A DNA stretch of 64,000 nt from Hemiscyllium ocellatum (taxonomy: Eukaryota). Shown in pieces: positions 50,846-63,533 of this stretch. How positions within the stretch are numbered: the first letter of the stretch is position 1; the number at the start of each line of letters is the position of its first letter. Location: assembly GCF_020745735.1 (NCBI RefSeq), contig NC_083419.1, forward strand, positions 16,514,085-16,578,084, in the 5' to 3' direction. Made by a program: the position numbers and the translations under genes. The notes below the pieces were generated by a model. That model was not told where the DNA came from. It saw only the letters and a program-made list of their open reading frames with translations, and searched no databases.

Positions 50846-50851
50846 AATAAA
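50846..50851 (+). terminator. Candidate distal poly(A) signal of the endou2-like gene
   Basis: AATAAA followed about 20-40 nt later by GT/T-rich sequence. More proximal AATAAA sites occur at ~49015 and 50381. Confidence 0.4.
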
Positions 50852-51249
50852 GTTCATTATAAAGAAGTGAGTCTTGCTTTCTTTTATTTCAGCACAATTA
50901 TTTCAAGATTATTGGCCATGACTATCTGAAGTGGTCATACCTTGCTGCATTTGTCTCACATTGTTGTGGCTCAGTGACTCAATTTGACTCCGCTCAGTCC
51001 TGCCCAAATAATACTGAACTGTTGACAATTATACAGACAAATTGTGCAACCAATTTTCACGCAGCATGATCCAATAACTGGAAATGTGATGACTAACTAG
51101 TTCTTGCATTGTTGGTGGAGTCAGTTGGGAAGTTAGGCCACAGCATTAAGATTCTTTCCTGCTTGAATGAGTTCTTGGTTTTATGTCCAAAAGGCCGGGC
51201 AAGTTGAGTTTTGGAACAACAACCCAGCTGAAAGAAGCGGCACTTTCAA

Positions 51250-52168
51250 CATCACAGCACTCACTTTGTTCTGACCCTCTGAGAATGTACCAGTCCCTTT
51301 GATTTGATCCTCCCACAGTGTATCACTCCCTCAGTTCTGACTCTCCAACAATGTTGAACTCCCCTAGCACAGACCCTCCTACAGTGGACCTCTCCTTCAG
51401 TATTGACTGTTTGACACTGCAGTGATCCTGCACTACTGATCCTCTGACATTGCAGCGCTCCCTCAGTGCTGACCCTTTAACAATGTGGGGCTCCCTCAGT
51501 GCTAACCATCTGATGTTGCTATGCTGTCTCAGTGCCAAATCTCACACTCTGCGGCTCCCTCCGTGCTGACCGTCTGACATTGTGGGGTTCTCTCAGTCCT
51601 GACCCTCTGACGTTGCTGTACTCCCCCAGTGCTGACCCTCTAACACTGTAGGACTCCCTCAGTACTGTCCCTTTGACAGTGTGGGCCTACTTCAGTGCTG
51701 ACCATCTGATGCTGCTGTTCTCCCTTAGTACTGTCTCTCCAACAGTGTGGGGCTCCTTCAGTGCCAACTGTCTGATGTTGCTGTGCTGCCTCAGTGCTGA
51801 CTCTAACAGGCTGGGGCTCCCTCAGTGCTGACCATCTGACATTGTGGGGTTCCCGCAGTCCTGACCCTCAGATGTTGCTGTGATCCCTCAGTACTGTCCC
51901 TCTGAAAGTGTGGGGCTCCCTCAGTGTTGACCGTCTCACAGTGTGGGGCTCCATCAGTGTTGACCATCTAACAGTGTGGGGCTTCCTCAGTACTGTCCCT
52001 CTGACAGTGTGGGGCTCCCTGTGTGCTGACCCTCAAACATTGAGGGGCTCTCTCAGCACTGACCCTCTGAGAGTGTAGGGCTCTCTCAGTGTTGACCCTC
52101 TGACAGTGGAGGGTTTCCTCAATACTGTCCCTCTGACAGTGTGGGGCTCCCTCAGTGCTGACCCTCTG
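51250..52168 (+). repeat. 33-bp minisatellite, about 27 units (cagtgtggggctccctcagtgctgaccctctga)
   Basis: The tandem array is directly visible and more homogeneous toward the right end. Confidence 0.92.
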
Positions 52169-53464
52169 GGCCAGTTCCTTTCCTTAGGTTTACTCTCCGG
52201 ACAACTGATCTGAAGTCTGCAGCAGTGACAGACAGAACAAGTGTGTCCAGGACTGTTGGGGCAGGTGATACTGCACCACTGGCATTCTGCAACTTGTCAT
52301 TGATGATAGAATAGATGCCATTTGGCTTGTTGTCATTCCAACTTTTGCAGCAGCAATGCAGACACTCCCACTCTCCTGTCCTTTTCTCGTAGTCCCAGAA
52401 ATTTATTTTTACGTTCTTGTCCAATTTAATTTTGATAACTACAATCTGCCATCAGAACACTCTCAGGCAGCACTCTACAGGTCTTAACCACTCATCGCAT
52501 AAATGGTTTTCTTCATTTTGCTTATATTTCTTTTGCTGACCATGTCGATGTCCTCTGGTCGCAACGCTTCTGCCAATGGGAGCCATTCCAGATGCAATTT
52601 GACTGGTCAATCTACTCGATATTAAGCAAAACATAATCTATTCAAACGTTATAGTTAAAATACAACAAAAAAAGAACTTGGAATAACGTAACTCTACTGG
52701 GAAACTTAACAGAATAGTAGATACACAAATTATTTCTAATGAACTGTTTCTATACAGTACTATCCCATAAACAAACCAAAAAGCAAATTCAGGAAAAGAT
52801 TGTCTCACATGCAATCCAGCAGCCCAGGAAGAGAACTCCATCTCTTGACTATAATTGACAGAGGGGAAGAAAACTTCCAATTCTTCAAAACCCCAACAGC
52901 AACTGCTGCTGAAAACTAAAAATTCTAGGTTTTGTGGGTGGGAGCTTGATCACACCCACTCAGGCTGCATCTATTGTTCCAGCTTTCAAAAAAAAACCTG
53001 AGGCTTCATAAGTTGTTTATCTTCTCATCGACTATTTGGCATCTGTCCTCCAATCTCTCTCTCGCTCTCTGAAACAAAAGGTCAAAACACATCTTAAAGA
53101 TACAACATTGTCACAATACACATTCTTTGCATGTCCTCTCTAAATCCTTCTGATCAAAATTAATCACCTCATATTTCTCTGTATTGAATTCACCTATCAG
53201 CTGTCTGCCCAATCCACCAACTTGTTTTTCTCTCCCCATTTTAAAGTTTCATTATCCTCCTCTCACATGGTGACTCCTGTGTACAACTACAACTGTTTTC
53301 TACACCAATTTTAGTGACATGGAACACCCCAAGTTCCTTAACAAGAGCATTACCAAACACAGTTTGACACGATAAGAATATAAGAAATAGGAGCAACAGT
53401 AGGCCATCTGGTCCCTCAAGCCTGCTCTGCTATTCAGTCAGACCATGGCTGATCTTTTCATGGT

Positions 53465-53582
53465 GGAGAAAGTGAGGATGACAAATGCTGGAGATCAGAG
53501 TTGAGAGTGTGGTGCTGGAAAAGCACAACATCTGAGGAGCAGTAGAATCGACATTTCGGGTAAGAGCCCTTCAGCAGGAATT
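53465..53582 (-). mobile_element. Solo Penelope-terminus fragment ending at the hammerhead
   Basis: ggagaaagtgagga...gtggtgctggaaaagcac...tttcgggtaagagcccttcagcaggaa, inserted in a CR1 3' fragment. Confidence 0.7.
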
Positions 53583-54565
53583 GAGCTTTTCTGGGTCTCA
53601 GCTCCACTTACTCGCCTGCTCACCATAACCCTTAATTCCTTTACTGTTTAAAAATCCATCTTTGCCTTAAGAACATTCAATGAGGTAGACTCAGCTGCTT
53701 CATACCAAGCTGTTTATTATATAGGTCAGTTGATTTAATCAAAAGAGTAGATTTTGAGAGGCCTTTTATAGCTGAAGGAATTGAATATTATGGAGATCCA
53801 GATTGCTGAAGGCAAGGCTTCCAATCATGGAATAATTAAAATTAAGGATGCACAGGAGGCCAGAAGTAAAGAAATCCATATATCGGAAAGTTTTGTAATG
53901 TGACAACAGCATGATGGTGTGGTAAACGATGTCTGGTATGTTTGGGAGGCCTTTTGTTGTGTAGGTTTAGTGTCTCTATCACTCAGCCAGAAGACAAAGG
54001 TTCAAATATCAGCTGCTCTAGAAGTATGTAATAACATCTCTGAACAGGTTGATTAAAAGTATCTATTTGGAAAGTCTAGAAAATATGTCGACAGTTTAAT
54101 AGGGCTCTTTGACGCAGTGGTTATGGTCTCCACCTCTGGGTCAGAAGGTTCAGGTTCAAGTCTCACCTGCCCCAGACATTTGTCCTAACGTATCTGAATA
54201 GGTTGATTTAAAATGAAAATCTGGAAAGTTTGCTTGGTCCCTATGACACTGTAATAGCATTCCTGTCTCCAAATCAAGAGTTCCAGAATCAAGTCCCATC
54301 TGTTCCAGAGGTGTGTAATGACATTGATTTTTTTTAAAATGGTAAGTTTGTGAAGTGAGGTAACTCTATGTAGATACAAAGGGTGAAATCATGAACTAAT
54401 TTGAGAGCAAGGATGAATATTTCAAAACCCAGGCATAGCTCAATGGGAATCAACATCAGGTTAACAAGCACCAGGGGTGATGAAGGAATGGGACATGATT
54501 TAGGATACAGACAGTAGTGTTTCAGGTGAGCTTAACTTTATGCAGAGGTGATGCAGAACTTTATG

Positions 54566-54818
54566 TAGATGCTGGAGATCAGAGTCAAGATTAGAGTGGT
54601 GCTGGATAAGCACAGCAGGTCAGGCAGCATCCGAGGAGCAGGAAAGTCGATGTTTTGGGTAGGACCCCTTCATCAGGAATTATCAGGCAGGGCTCCTGCC
54701 CAAAACATCGATTTTCCTGCTCCTCGGATGCTGTCTGAAGGGCTCCTGCCTGAAACATCGATTTTCCTGTTCCTCAGATGCTGCCTGCCCTGCTGTGCTT
54801 TTCCAGCACTACATCAAT
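54566..54818. mobile_element. Short fold-back Penelope-terminus element with an internal 50-bp duplication
   Basis: Inverted arms. TSD-like cttaactttatgcagag (54531-54547) and cttagctttatgcagag (54819-54835). Confidence 0.8.
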
Positions 54819-56019
54819 CTTAGCTTTATGCAGAGTCTAGCAGGAGGTTGACAGGAGAACATTGAAATTGTCAGGTTCAGAATTACTGTCCCATGTGGGA
54901 GACCAGCTGTTTCTGTTGGCTAAATAGCTAGCGAATGAATGACACCAACAATGCAGAACAATTTCTGTTCTAGCTGTGATAGACTTGGGAGCTGCCTCCT
55001 TGTCCTGTCCCTTGTGGGATACAGGTAAATTAATGTTACTTAGTGGATGGTAATGGTAAATCAGCATTGACTCAAACTGCCAGATCTCTAAATGTACCAT
55101 CGACAGACAATAAGCAAAAGGCTGACAATGTTGGAGAAACCCAGCAGACCTGGAAGCATTTCTGGAGACAAAAACAGAATTAATGTTTCAAATTTGGTAT
55201 TACTTCTTCAGAAGAACAATGATTGATTCTTGTCTTGTGGTGTGCAAGCTTCATCGTGGTGTGCAATCCTCAATTAATTTCTACAGTTAAGTGATGGATT
55301 AAATTGGAAAAAAGAGGTTAGATGGAATGTACAACAAGCAGTTGTGTAAATGGCTTTCTCATATAACAGATCTGTGGTAAATGCCCAGTAGTCATAATAC
55401 ATTGATGGTTTAATAATTGTGGTGAAATTGGAGGATGCTGTTCCATCTTGGAAACATTGCTATGGGAAGGATGTTAAGGCCTTGGAGAGGGTGCAGAAGA
55501 GATTTACTCAAATGACATCAGGGATGAGGAACTTTGGTCTTGTAGAAGTTAGGTTGTTCTTCTTTGAGCAGAGAAGAGGGAATTATGGAAAGATTTGATG
55601 GAGGTGTTCAGAACTTGGTGGGAAGTTAATTTTAAAAAAAAGGACCATATTTATTGCTGCTTCACTTGTTCCTGACCAGCATAGTGATAAAAACAAAGAA
55701 AGTTCTATAGCTGCGAAACTGCAAGGGAGAATCTGTTGGCATCGTGATGGAGGATGTCATCAGAGTGTCCAGATTTCACTTTTGACAACTTCTTCAATCC
55801 AGTTTTAAAAGATTGAAGTTTGTGGGGGGTGGAAGCAGCAAGAAAATAATGGGTTAAAAAACAAGGATGTGTAAAAATGAGAAGAGGGATGAATCATTTG
55901 AAGTGAGCAATTCCAATTTATCAGGTTCCTGCAACACTGGAGCCCCAAGCAGCACCAGCATCAGCAGCAGCTGCTTTATTGTGAGGCCAGACAATAGGCT
56001 GCACACTTGGGGGAGCCTT

Positions 56020-56135
56020 GAAAAGGGCGCAGGGCCGGAACCTTTCCGAGGCTCCGCGGGGTTCCGCCCGGACACTCATTTCTCGGGACGCGGGTTCCTG
56101 CCGGACCGGGGTTGGCGGCGGACATGAGGGAGACT
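56020..56135 (+). promoter_or_regulatory. CpG-island promoter/5'UTR of polr3b
   Basis: Abrupt GC- and CpG-rich segment immediately upstream of the polr3b ATG. Confidence 0.7.
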
Positions 56136-56207
56136 ATGGAGATGCTGGCGGCTGAATTTGGGGATTTGGATCCGGAATCGTTGGCGGCACCGGTCCGGGA
56201 GGTGGAG
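56136..56207 (+). CDS. polr3b: RNA polymerase III second-largest subunit RPC2, exon 1 (MEMLAAEFGDLDPESLAAPVREVE)
   Basis: 72 nt, donor |gtgagg. Matches POLR3B [24 protein letters not shown]. Confidence 0.93.
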
Positions 56208-57245
56208 GTGAGGCAGGGAGGGAGGGGGGGAGATGAGACCTGGGTGAGGGAGGCTGCATCCTGGTCTCTTCTGGTGCAAGGGTAGTGTCCCCACCTCTGG
56301 CCCAGGAGGGCCCGTGTTCCAGTCCCCGAGATTACAATATTTCGGAATAGATTGGTCAGGAAATATCTAGAGAGCACTGGACAGGGTGTAGGGGACGTTC
56401 ACAGGGATGATGCTGTGTGAGGCTGAGGGGTGACCCTCTTGGGGCTCTTGTGTAATGTCTTGATAAAGTAGATGCAGAGAAAATGTCTCATCTGGTGGAG
56501 AAGAGTGTAACCAGCAGCAGTCGAGACAAAGTATTCACCAAAAATACATGAGATTCAGAAGAATGGGGGTAGGTTATTCATCAAGTATCCCGCTTCCCTC
56601 CCAAAATAGCTTGTGCAGCATTTAATAAATTCAAGACCTGGCTGTGTCCCCACCTCCCTTCCTGTCTGATCCACCAGACTCTCTGGTCAATGGGCAATCA
56701 GTCTAACTCCGCCTTGAGTACATTCAATGATCCTCTGCTCTGTGGAGGATATTTCTTCTGATTAGCAACCCTGTGCGTGTGAGATGGTGAGCAGTCAAAC
56801 TCCTCATCCATGTCTTAACTGGGAGACTTCTAATCTGTAACTGTGACCCCCCTCATTCTAGATTCCCACATGTCCATCCTGAAAGGGACCTTCAGAATTT
56901 TATATGGTGTAAGGTGTTCCATCTCTCAATGTTCCAGACTCAGAGTATAGATCAAAAAAAGACTTGAGAGGAAAATATGACAAAGCTTCTCCGTTAGAGA
57001 AAGTGGTGAAAAAGTGAAACTGGAGACCACAGGTAAAACAAACTGTACAGATGCATTTATGAAGAAACTAAGTATGTATGAGTAAAATGATTTAAGAGTG
57101 TTATTGTGACAGATTTAGATGAGAAGCAATGGGAGAAAGCTTGATAATAACAATTATGCTGATATGGACTGGTTCTGCTAGATAGCCTGTTGGGTTATGT
57201 ATTCAATGTTAAAATACTGATGTTTATTTTTTGCTTTTCTAATAG

Positions 57246-57278
57246 GAAAAATGGAAGCTGCTTCCTGCTTTTCTGAAG
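57246..57278 (+). CDS. polr3b: RPC2 exon 2 (EKWKLLPAFLK)
   Basis: Acceptor aatag|, donor |gtaatg, 33 nt. Matches EKWRLLPAFLK. Confidence 0.95.
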
Positions 57279-59124
57279 GTAATGGAGTTTTTCTCACTTG
57301 TTTTCATGTTTTGGTCAGGGGAATGATAGCACTTGCACTGTTTAATTTTATGGAAATGACCAATTCTATTCAGCCCACAGATCAAAGGTCAAACTTACAA
57401 TGCAAATTGGTGTGTCACCGAAGTTGCTCTCGGAGTTCAGGAGCAAATGTAACTGGGCTTTTGGGTATAACTGAACAGCTGAGCAAACTGTGGCCTCTTG
57501 TTCATGTTGAGGTGGAGATTCACCAGAACACTATCAGCTGAGAGTTGAGAGGATTGCTTGAAGATGCTTGTATTTCCTCAAGTTTAGAAGATGAAAGATG
57601 ATCTGATCAAGTTGTTTAAAATGTGTTTGGCAGAGAGAGCCCATTCTTTTAATGGAGGTGTAACCTTCAGAATTAGCTGGGCTGTAAAGGAGTGTTTGAT
57701 TTGATGCTATTAAAACGATGGACTGGAATGAGAACTGTGTTAAAAGCAGAGGTTAAAGGACTTCTGTATGTTTTGAAAAGCAAATGACCCACTTACAGCA
57801 AGCAGCATATAAATAGCTGTTTGAACAAGCAGTAATTGAAGTGGTTGCAGATGATTTGGAGAGGTTCTGTGTACAGATCCACCTAGGTGTCAACAAGAAG
57901 TTGGTTGGTCTGTGGACTAACAACCAGTTATTGATCACAAAAGCCTTTTGCTTGTCAACACTGTGTAATACGTTCTCAGGTAATTGGACAACTTGGGCCT
58001 GGGACCAAGGTAGAGGGAAATGTTCTGATCTCCATTAGCTCAGAATCTGTCTCTCTGTTCTCTGCAGTCAAACCCATTTTAAATCTGAATAAAATCAGTT
58101 CATCTTTCCATCAGCAGTTGTCTTCAGCTGTGACTTTTAACTGATGTGCCAGAAACATTTTGTAAGTGAATTAGCCACCTTGCGTCTCTTGCAAACCACT
58201 GGAAGCATCAACTGAATGTATCTTTCTGAACAACGTAGAATCATAAGGATCATCTCAGTAATCCTTGAATTAAAAACTACTGACCTGCCTTCTAGCTTTC
58301 CTTCACTCATTATCTATTTTTTCCCATTCGTAAGTCTGAGAGAAAAAGGGGGAGGTTAATTGTAGTGTTGTATGGCAATAGTTATAACTGCCTGTAGCTA
58401 GAGTCTAATTACTTGTAGTAAATAGTAACTCTTAAGTACAGAAACCTGGTCTGAGCTTTCTCTTGACTTATGTTTGAAAATTTTGTGTACTTATTCAAAA
58501 TCATTAACTTGTGTGACTTGTGCTATGCCAGTGAGCTGTGATGAAGGGTAGTGGAAATCTGAAACTCCTTTTTCCTTCCTCTTCTCCTCCCTTCAAAAAC
58601 AAAATTAGAGATGGGTACCATGCATTACAGGGAGATTTTCAAGATTGAAATGAGTTGAAGTTTATTGTTAGAATGTGAGTGAAAGCCAGGTACATGGAGT
58701 AAAGGTGCAGATTGGTCATGATCCGATAGAAATGGTTTTTCGGGCTGAATAGCCTTCTGTTTATAAAGTAAACTTACTTTTTAAAAAATAAATTGCTAAT
58801 TGTCTGATGAGTTGAGGTGCAGGTTCACAATGCAGAAGGAAGCCATTCAGCCCATTGTCCCTGTGCTAGTTCTCTATACAGACTTGCCTATTCCCTTCAT
58901 GGGATTTCCTGTATCCTTCTGTCATTCTTATCCGATTCTCTTTTTAAATTAAGTAGTGTCTGCCTAAACAGTCCTTGTGGCAATTCATTTGACGTTCTAA
59001 TAACTCCTTCACTTTGCTTTGGAAGCCTATGTTGACCCACTTGGTGTGCTTGATTTACTATTTTAATTACTTCATGGGTTTCTGTGGTAAATGAGTATTT
59101 CGTATGTTTCTTTGTTCCTTGCAG

Positions 59125-59181
59125 GTCAAAGGCCTGGTGAAGCAGCACATTGACTCATTCAACTACTTCATAAATGTCGAG
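59125..59181 (+). CDS. polr3b: RPC2 exon 3 ([19 protein letters not shown])
   Basis: Acceptor ttgcag|, donor |gtagga, 57 nt. Identical to the POLR3B peptide. Confidence 0.97.
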
Positions 59182-59274
59182 GTAGGAATGTTAGTGATGC
59201 TCAGTTTAATTCTGCTCTTCTGCCTCATTCTGTGCCACTTGTTCTGTTCACTGTCTAGTCTGCTTTCTCCATAG

Positions 59275-59339
59275 ATTAAGAAGATTATGAAAGCCAATGA
59301 GAAGGTGACCAGTGATGCTGATCCTATGTGGTATTTAAA
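59275..59339 (+). CDS. polr3b: RPC2 exon 4 (IKKIMKANEKVTSDADPMWYLK)
   Basis: Acceptor ccatag|, donor |gtaagg, 65 nt. Confidence 0.97.
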
Positions 59340-60011
59340 GTAAGGGCCGAGGGCTGATTTTCTTTCTCTTTTCTCCAATGATGGTGACTTTTATTTGTAG
59401 AATGAATTGTTAAAAGTCAGTTGCATTGCTGCATGTGGGACAGCTGATTCCTTTTGTTGTAGGTTGTAGTGAATTAGATGAGAATTTGACGTCCTGAAAG
59501 ATTTTCACAGAACTAAATCAGGGAGGAAAGAAGGTCCGTTCAGTTCATCATGTCGCCACTAGCTCTTTCAGTGATCATCACTTGGAACTATTGTCTTACC
59601 ATCTCCCAGTAACCATGCATATCGTTTCTTTTCAAATTACCCTCTAGTTGACTTTTAAAGGTTGCCGTTGTACCTACCACCACCACGTTCTTTGACATTG
59701 CAGTCTGGACACTAACGACTGTACGAAATAGCTTTTCCTTGTATCAGTGTCACTACTTTTACAAATTACTTTAAATGTTAGACATCTCATTCTGTTCCTT
59801 TCTCAAGTAAGAACATTTTCTCCTTCAAAATCCATAAGACGTAGGAGCAGAAGTAAGTCATTGGGTCCATTGAGACTACAACACCATTCAATGAGATTAT
59901 GGCTTACGTGATGACCCTCAGCTCCACTTTCCAGCCTTATCCCCATAATCCTTGATTCCCTTAACTGTTAGAAATATATCTCTTTCCGCCTTGAATAGCC
60001 TTAATGATGCA

Positions 60012-60205
60012 TCTAACCTGCACATCTCTGAACCTTATAGGGCAATTTAGTATGGCCAATCCGCCTAACTGGCACATCTTTGAACTGTAGGAGGAAACCG
60101 GAGGACCAAGTGGAAACCCACACCACCAATATGGGGCGAATATGCAAACTCCACACAGACAATCAGCTAAGGCTGGACTCAAACCTCGGTTCCTGGTGCT
60201 GTGAT
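60012..60205 (-). mobile_element. Diverged V-SINE fragment
   Basis: Reverse-complement V-domain gaaaccggagga...tgcaaactccacacagac. Confidence 0.65.
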
Positions 60206-62318
60206 GCTCATCAATTAACACCCAGCTGCCCACTGCAATTGGTCTTCATGACTGAATTTCCTCATCCTAAATCCCTTCTGCACCTTCCCCAGTGCCTTCA
60301 CATCATTTTATTTGAGTCTGTATTCCAGATCTATTTCTCTCCAGGTCCACCCCCCAGCTATCTTAAATCCATCCCAGCAACGTGGCTAGTTTTACAGGCT
60401 TCCCTCTGGATCTCTGGAATGCTGATCCAGTGACAGAATCACTGAACCACCAACTCCCTTGGTTAGTTGGGTTAATCAGCTTATCATTGCCATGCTGAGC
60501 TTTCCCACCTCAGTCCTGTGGCAAAGTGTCAGCAGTTTCTCAATGGGCAACATTGTCACCTCTAAGTTGGATAGTTGTGGGTTCAAGTCCCACTCCAGAG
60601 TTTGGGTGCAATATTCAAGCTGTCATCTACAGTAATGTGGTATTGGAGATCCCGTCTTTCATTCAAGATATTAAATCCAAATCCCATCTGCTATTTTAAG
60701 TGAATGGATAAGATTGCCCTTCACTTTTAAGAGAGAGAGAGCAGGGGAGTTCTCCTTGTGAGCTGCTCCTGCAGAGAGTCAACAAATCTCACTAAGCTGA
60801 AGACCTTTTGTTGTGCTGTCATCATTCTATGATTCAAATGAACATGAAATTAATATAAACAAAAATGTTCAAATATTGAACAGACCATGCAGTGTCATAA
60901 GAGCACATATCACTAGGGCTAAATTAAATGCACTCTGACTTCACAGCAATAGCTGGTCTCCCATCTCCCCTCTCCTTTCTGTTTTTACATGGAATAATGA
61001 GCATCAATGCAACACCAGCATTTGTTGCTCATCTTTAACTGCCCTTGAACAGAGTGGTTTGCTGTGGCCATTTCAGACAGCAATTAAAAGTCCGTCACTC
61101 CTTTGTGATAAATAAAAATAAAGTGCTGGAAAAGCTCAGCAAATCTGTCAGCATCTGTGGAGAGAGAAATAGAGCTAACATTTTGAGTCTGTTATGACTC
61201 CTCTTCAGAACTGTTGTGGGTCTGGAGTCACCTGTAAGCCAAATCAGATAAGAGTGGGAGATTGTTTTCTCGGCAGAATGTGCATAAAACCAGATTTTAT
61301 TGTTTTGACGATTCCATGGTCACGGCTATTGAGGCTAGCTTTTTGTTCCACACCTGCTCATTTAATGTATACTCCACCAGCTACCATGATGGGATTTAAA
61401 CCCAGCATTAGCCTAGGACTCTGGATTACTAGTCCAATCACTCTGTTCACTCCTGCTTAAAAGGAATATGAAACCCATTGCTGAAAAGCACAATGGACCA
61501 GGAAGCCATCACCATCAGGAGGCTGAATATTTGGGAATTATGAGAAACATTGTGCCAGCTACACGTGCAGGATGCCTCCCAACTGTCATGAAGTTGCACA
61601 AAGCAGACAATTTGCCTTTCTTTGTACCCCCACTACCCCTGATTTTACCTGTCTGTTGCTCCTGGAGCAATCATTTCACACCCTCCCATTGTGGAAAAGC
61701 TCAGTGGGCTCCAGTTTGAGAACCAGTTGTTCTATTTGTAAAAAAAAAGAGACATTCATGCTAGACATTTTTAGATTGTGCAAGTTAACAAGTGTGGAAT
61801 GCTGTAACATTTCAAGTCAGGTTTCACAGTATAGAGTCACTCGTTTGATCAGTTTTGCCACTTGCCTGTCAGTGTTTTCAAAAAATACTGTAAGAATATT
61901 TTCTTATTGCCTCTTACAGGACCGTATTAATCATTGTTTTAACATGAAATTGCATTTATGTAATGACTCTCGTGACCTCAGTATGGATTATGGTCAAATC
62001 AGAGTAGTTCAAGAGTATTTCAGTGGCTGTAAAACAGTTGTCTGGTGCTTGTGAAAAGCACTTTGAGTACATGTCTTAATTACTCCTTGAAATGTCATTG
62101 TCAGGACTGAAACAGTCAGTTTGTGTTCTATGAGCTCCTATATCTGTAATTATATAACTTGTTCAGATAATCTGCGGTGGACACACAATAAGTCCTATTG
62201 TCTTCAAAATGGTGCCATAAGACCGTTTGCATCCACCTGGGATGACAGAATAGGCTTGTCACATAAGTTTAGCTTCATTACTGGTATGCTTCTTTGAATA
62301 AAGGTTTGTTTATTGCAG

Positions 62319-62394
62319 ATACCTGAATATTTATGTTGGAGTGCCAGATGTTGAAGAAAGTTTCAACGTAACCAGACCTGTTGCTCCACATGAG
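62319..62394 (+). CDS. polr3b: RPC2 exon 5 ([25 protein letters not shown])
   Basis: Acceptor ttgcag|, donor |gtaccc, 76 nt. Confidence 0.96.
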
Positions 62395-63245
62395 GTACCC
62401 TCCAAAATTCTTCTCAATGAGAGTGTTGTGATTTCTTATTGCTTATAATGTAAGAACTCTTGTGGTGTAGTGGATAACATTCCTACCTCTGGATTAGCAG
62501 CTCTGTGTTCAAGTCCCACTCCAGGACTTGATGGCTAGGAAAGGCACTTTCATGAAGTTGTTCAACAGGTTGATAATCAGTCTAGACTGCTTCCCAATTG
62601 TTCTTCAAAGGGGGAAAAGAAGTTTGTGTGTGAAGACCTGTACAGCCCAAGTTCAATCAAAATCTTACTCTAAATCCTACTGTATTGAGAATTTTAATGA
62701 AATCTGTATCAATTAAATCATCCTGTTATCTCTCAGGTGGTCAACTATAGTTTTTTTTTAAGGAGTCTTTGACTGAGATCTTACTTGGTTCACTGAGACT
62801 TCTGTCAATAAGTATTTTCCTTGAGCAGTTCCCATTGACAAATGTCTGCTGTCACCTTTCCTGAGCATTGTGTTGGGCTTTTTTTGGGATTTACAGAGAG
62901 TGCAATGTTTGAGAGCACTCAAATGCAGTCACCTTTTCTATGCAGATTGTTTATTTGGGTGCTTGGTCTGATTAGTTAATATATTCTCAAGTTATCTTCC
63001 ATTGACTGAGCCACAGGAGATGTTCTGTTCATCAACTGGCACTGATTTTGACAGTTTGTTTTGATTAACCATTCTGTTCAGTTCAGCAGTATCATTGCAA
63101 CCAACAAGTGTTAATATAATGAACAATTATCTCACAAATCTGTTTCTACACTTCAAGTACTGCTTCGATTTGTAGCCAGTTGTTAACTGTTTTCTTAAAA
63201 CAAATAAATGAGTAATTGATGAGTATATGTAATTTCTATGTTTAG

Positions 63246-63347
<102 letters not shown>

Positions 63348-63413
63348 TAATAAGCAAGTCAGTTTAAAGCTTTATCTGTTTTGGATTTTTTTTTCTTTAT
63401 TGTCTTGTGCTAA

Positions 63414-63533
<120 letters not shown>

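Noticed and set aside
51250-52168. CRISPR-like look of the 33-bp periodic array
   Set aside because: The units are contiguous with no unique spacers, there are no cas genes, and the DNA is vertebrate. It is a minisatellite.
52640-53115. Second solo LTR
   Set aside because: It ends in tgtcaca and resembles LTR-type sequence, but no 5' TG boundary or TSD could be fixed.
813-54818. Short palindromes as classical DNA-transposon MITEs or miRNA genes
   Set aside because: The TSDs are long and variable (12-17 bp), one arm has an extra ~34-nt tail, and the sequence matches the end of an RT/GIY-YIG element. All three point to a retrotransposon origin.
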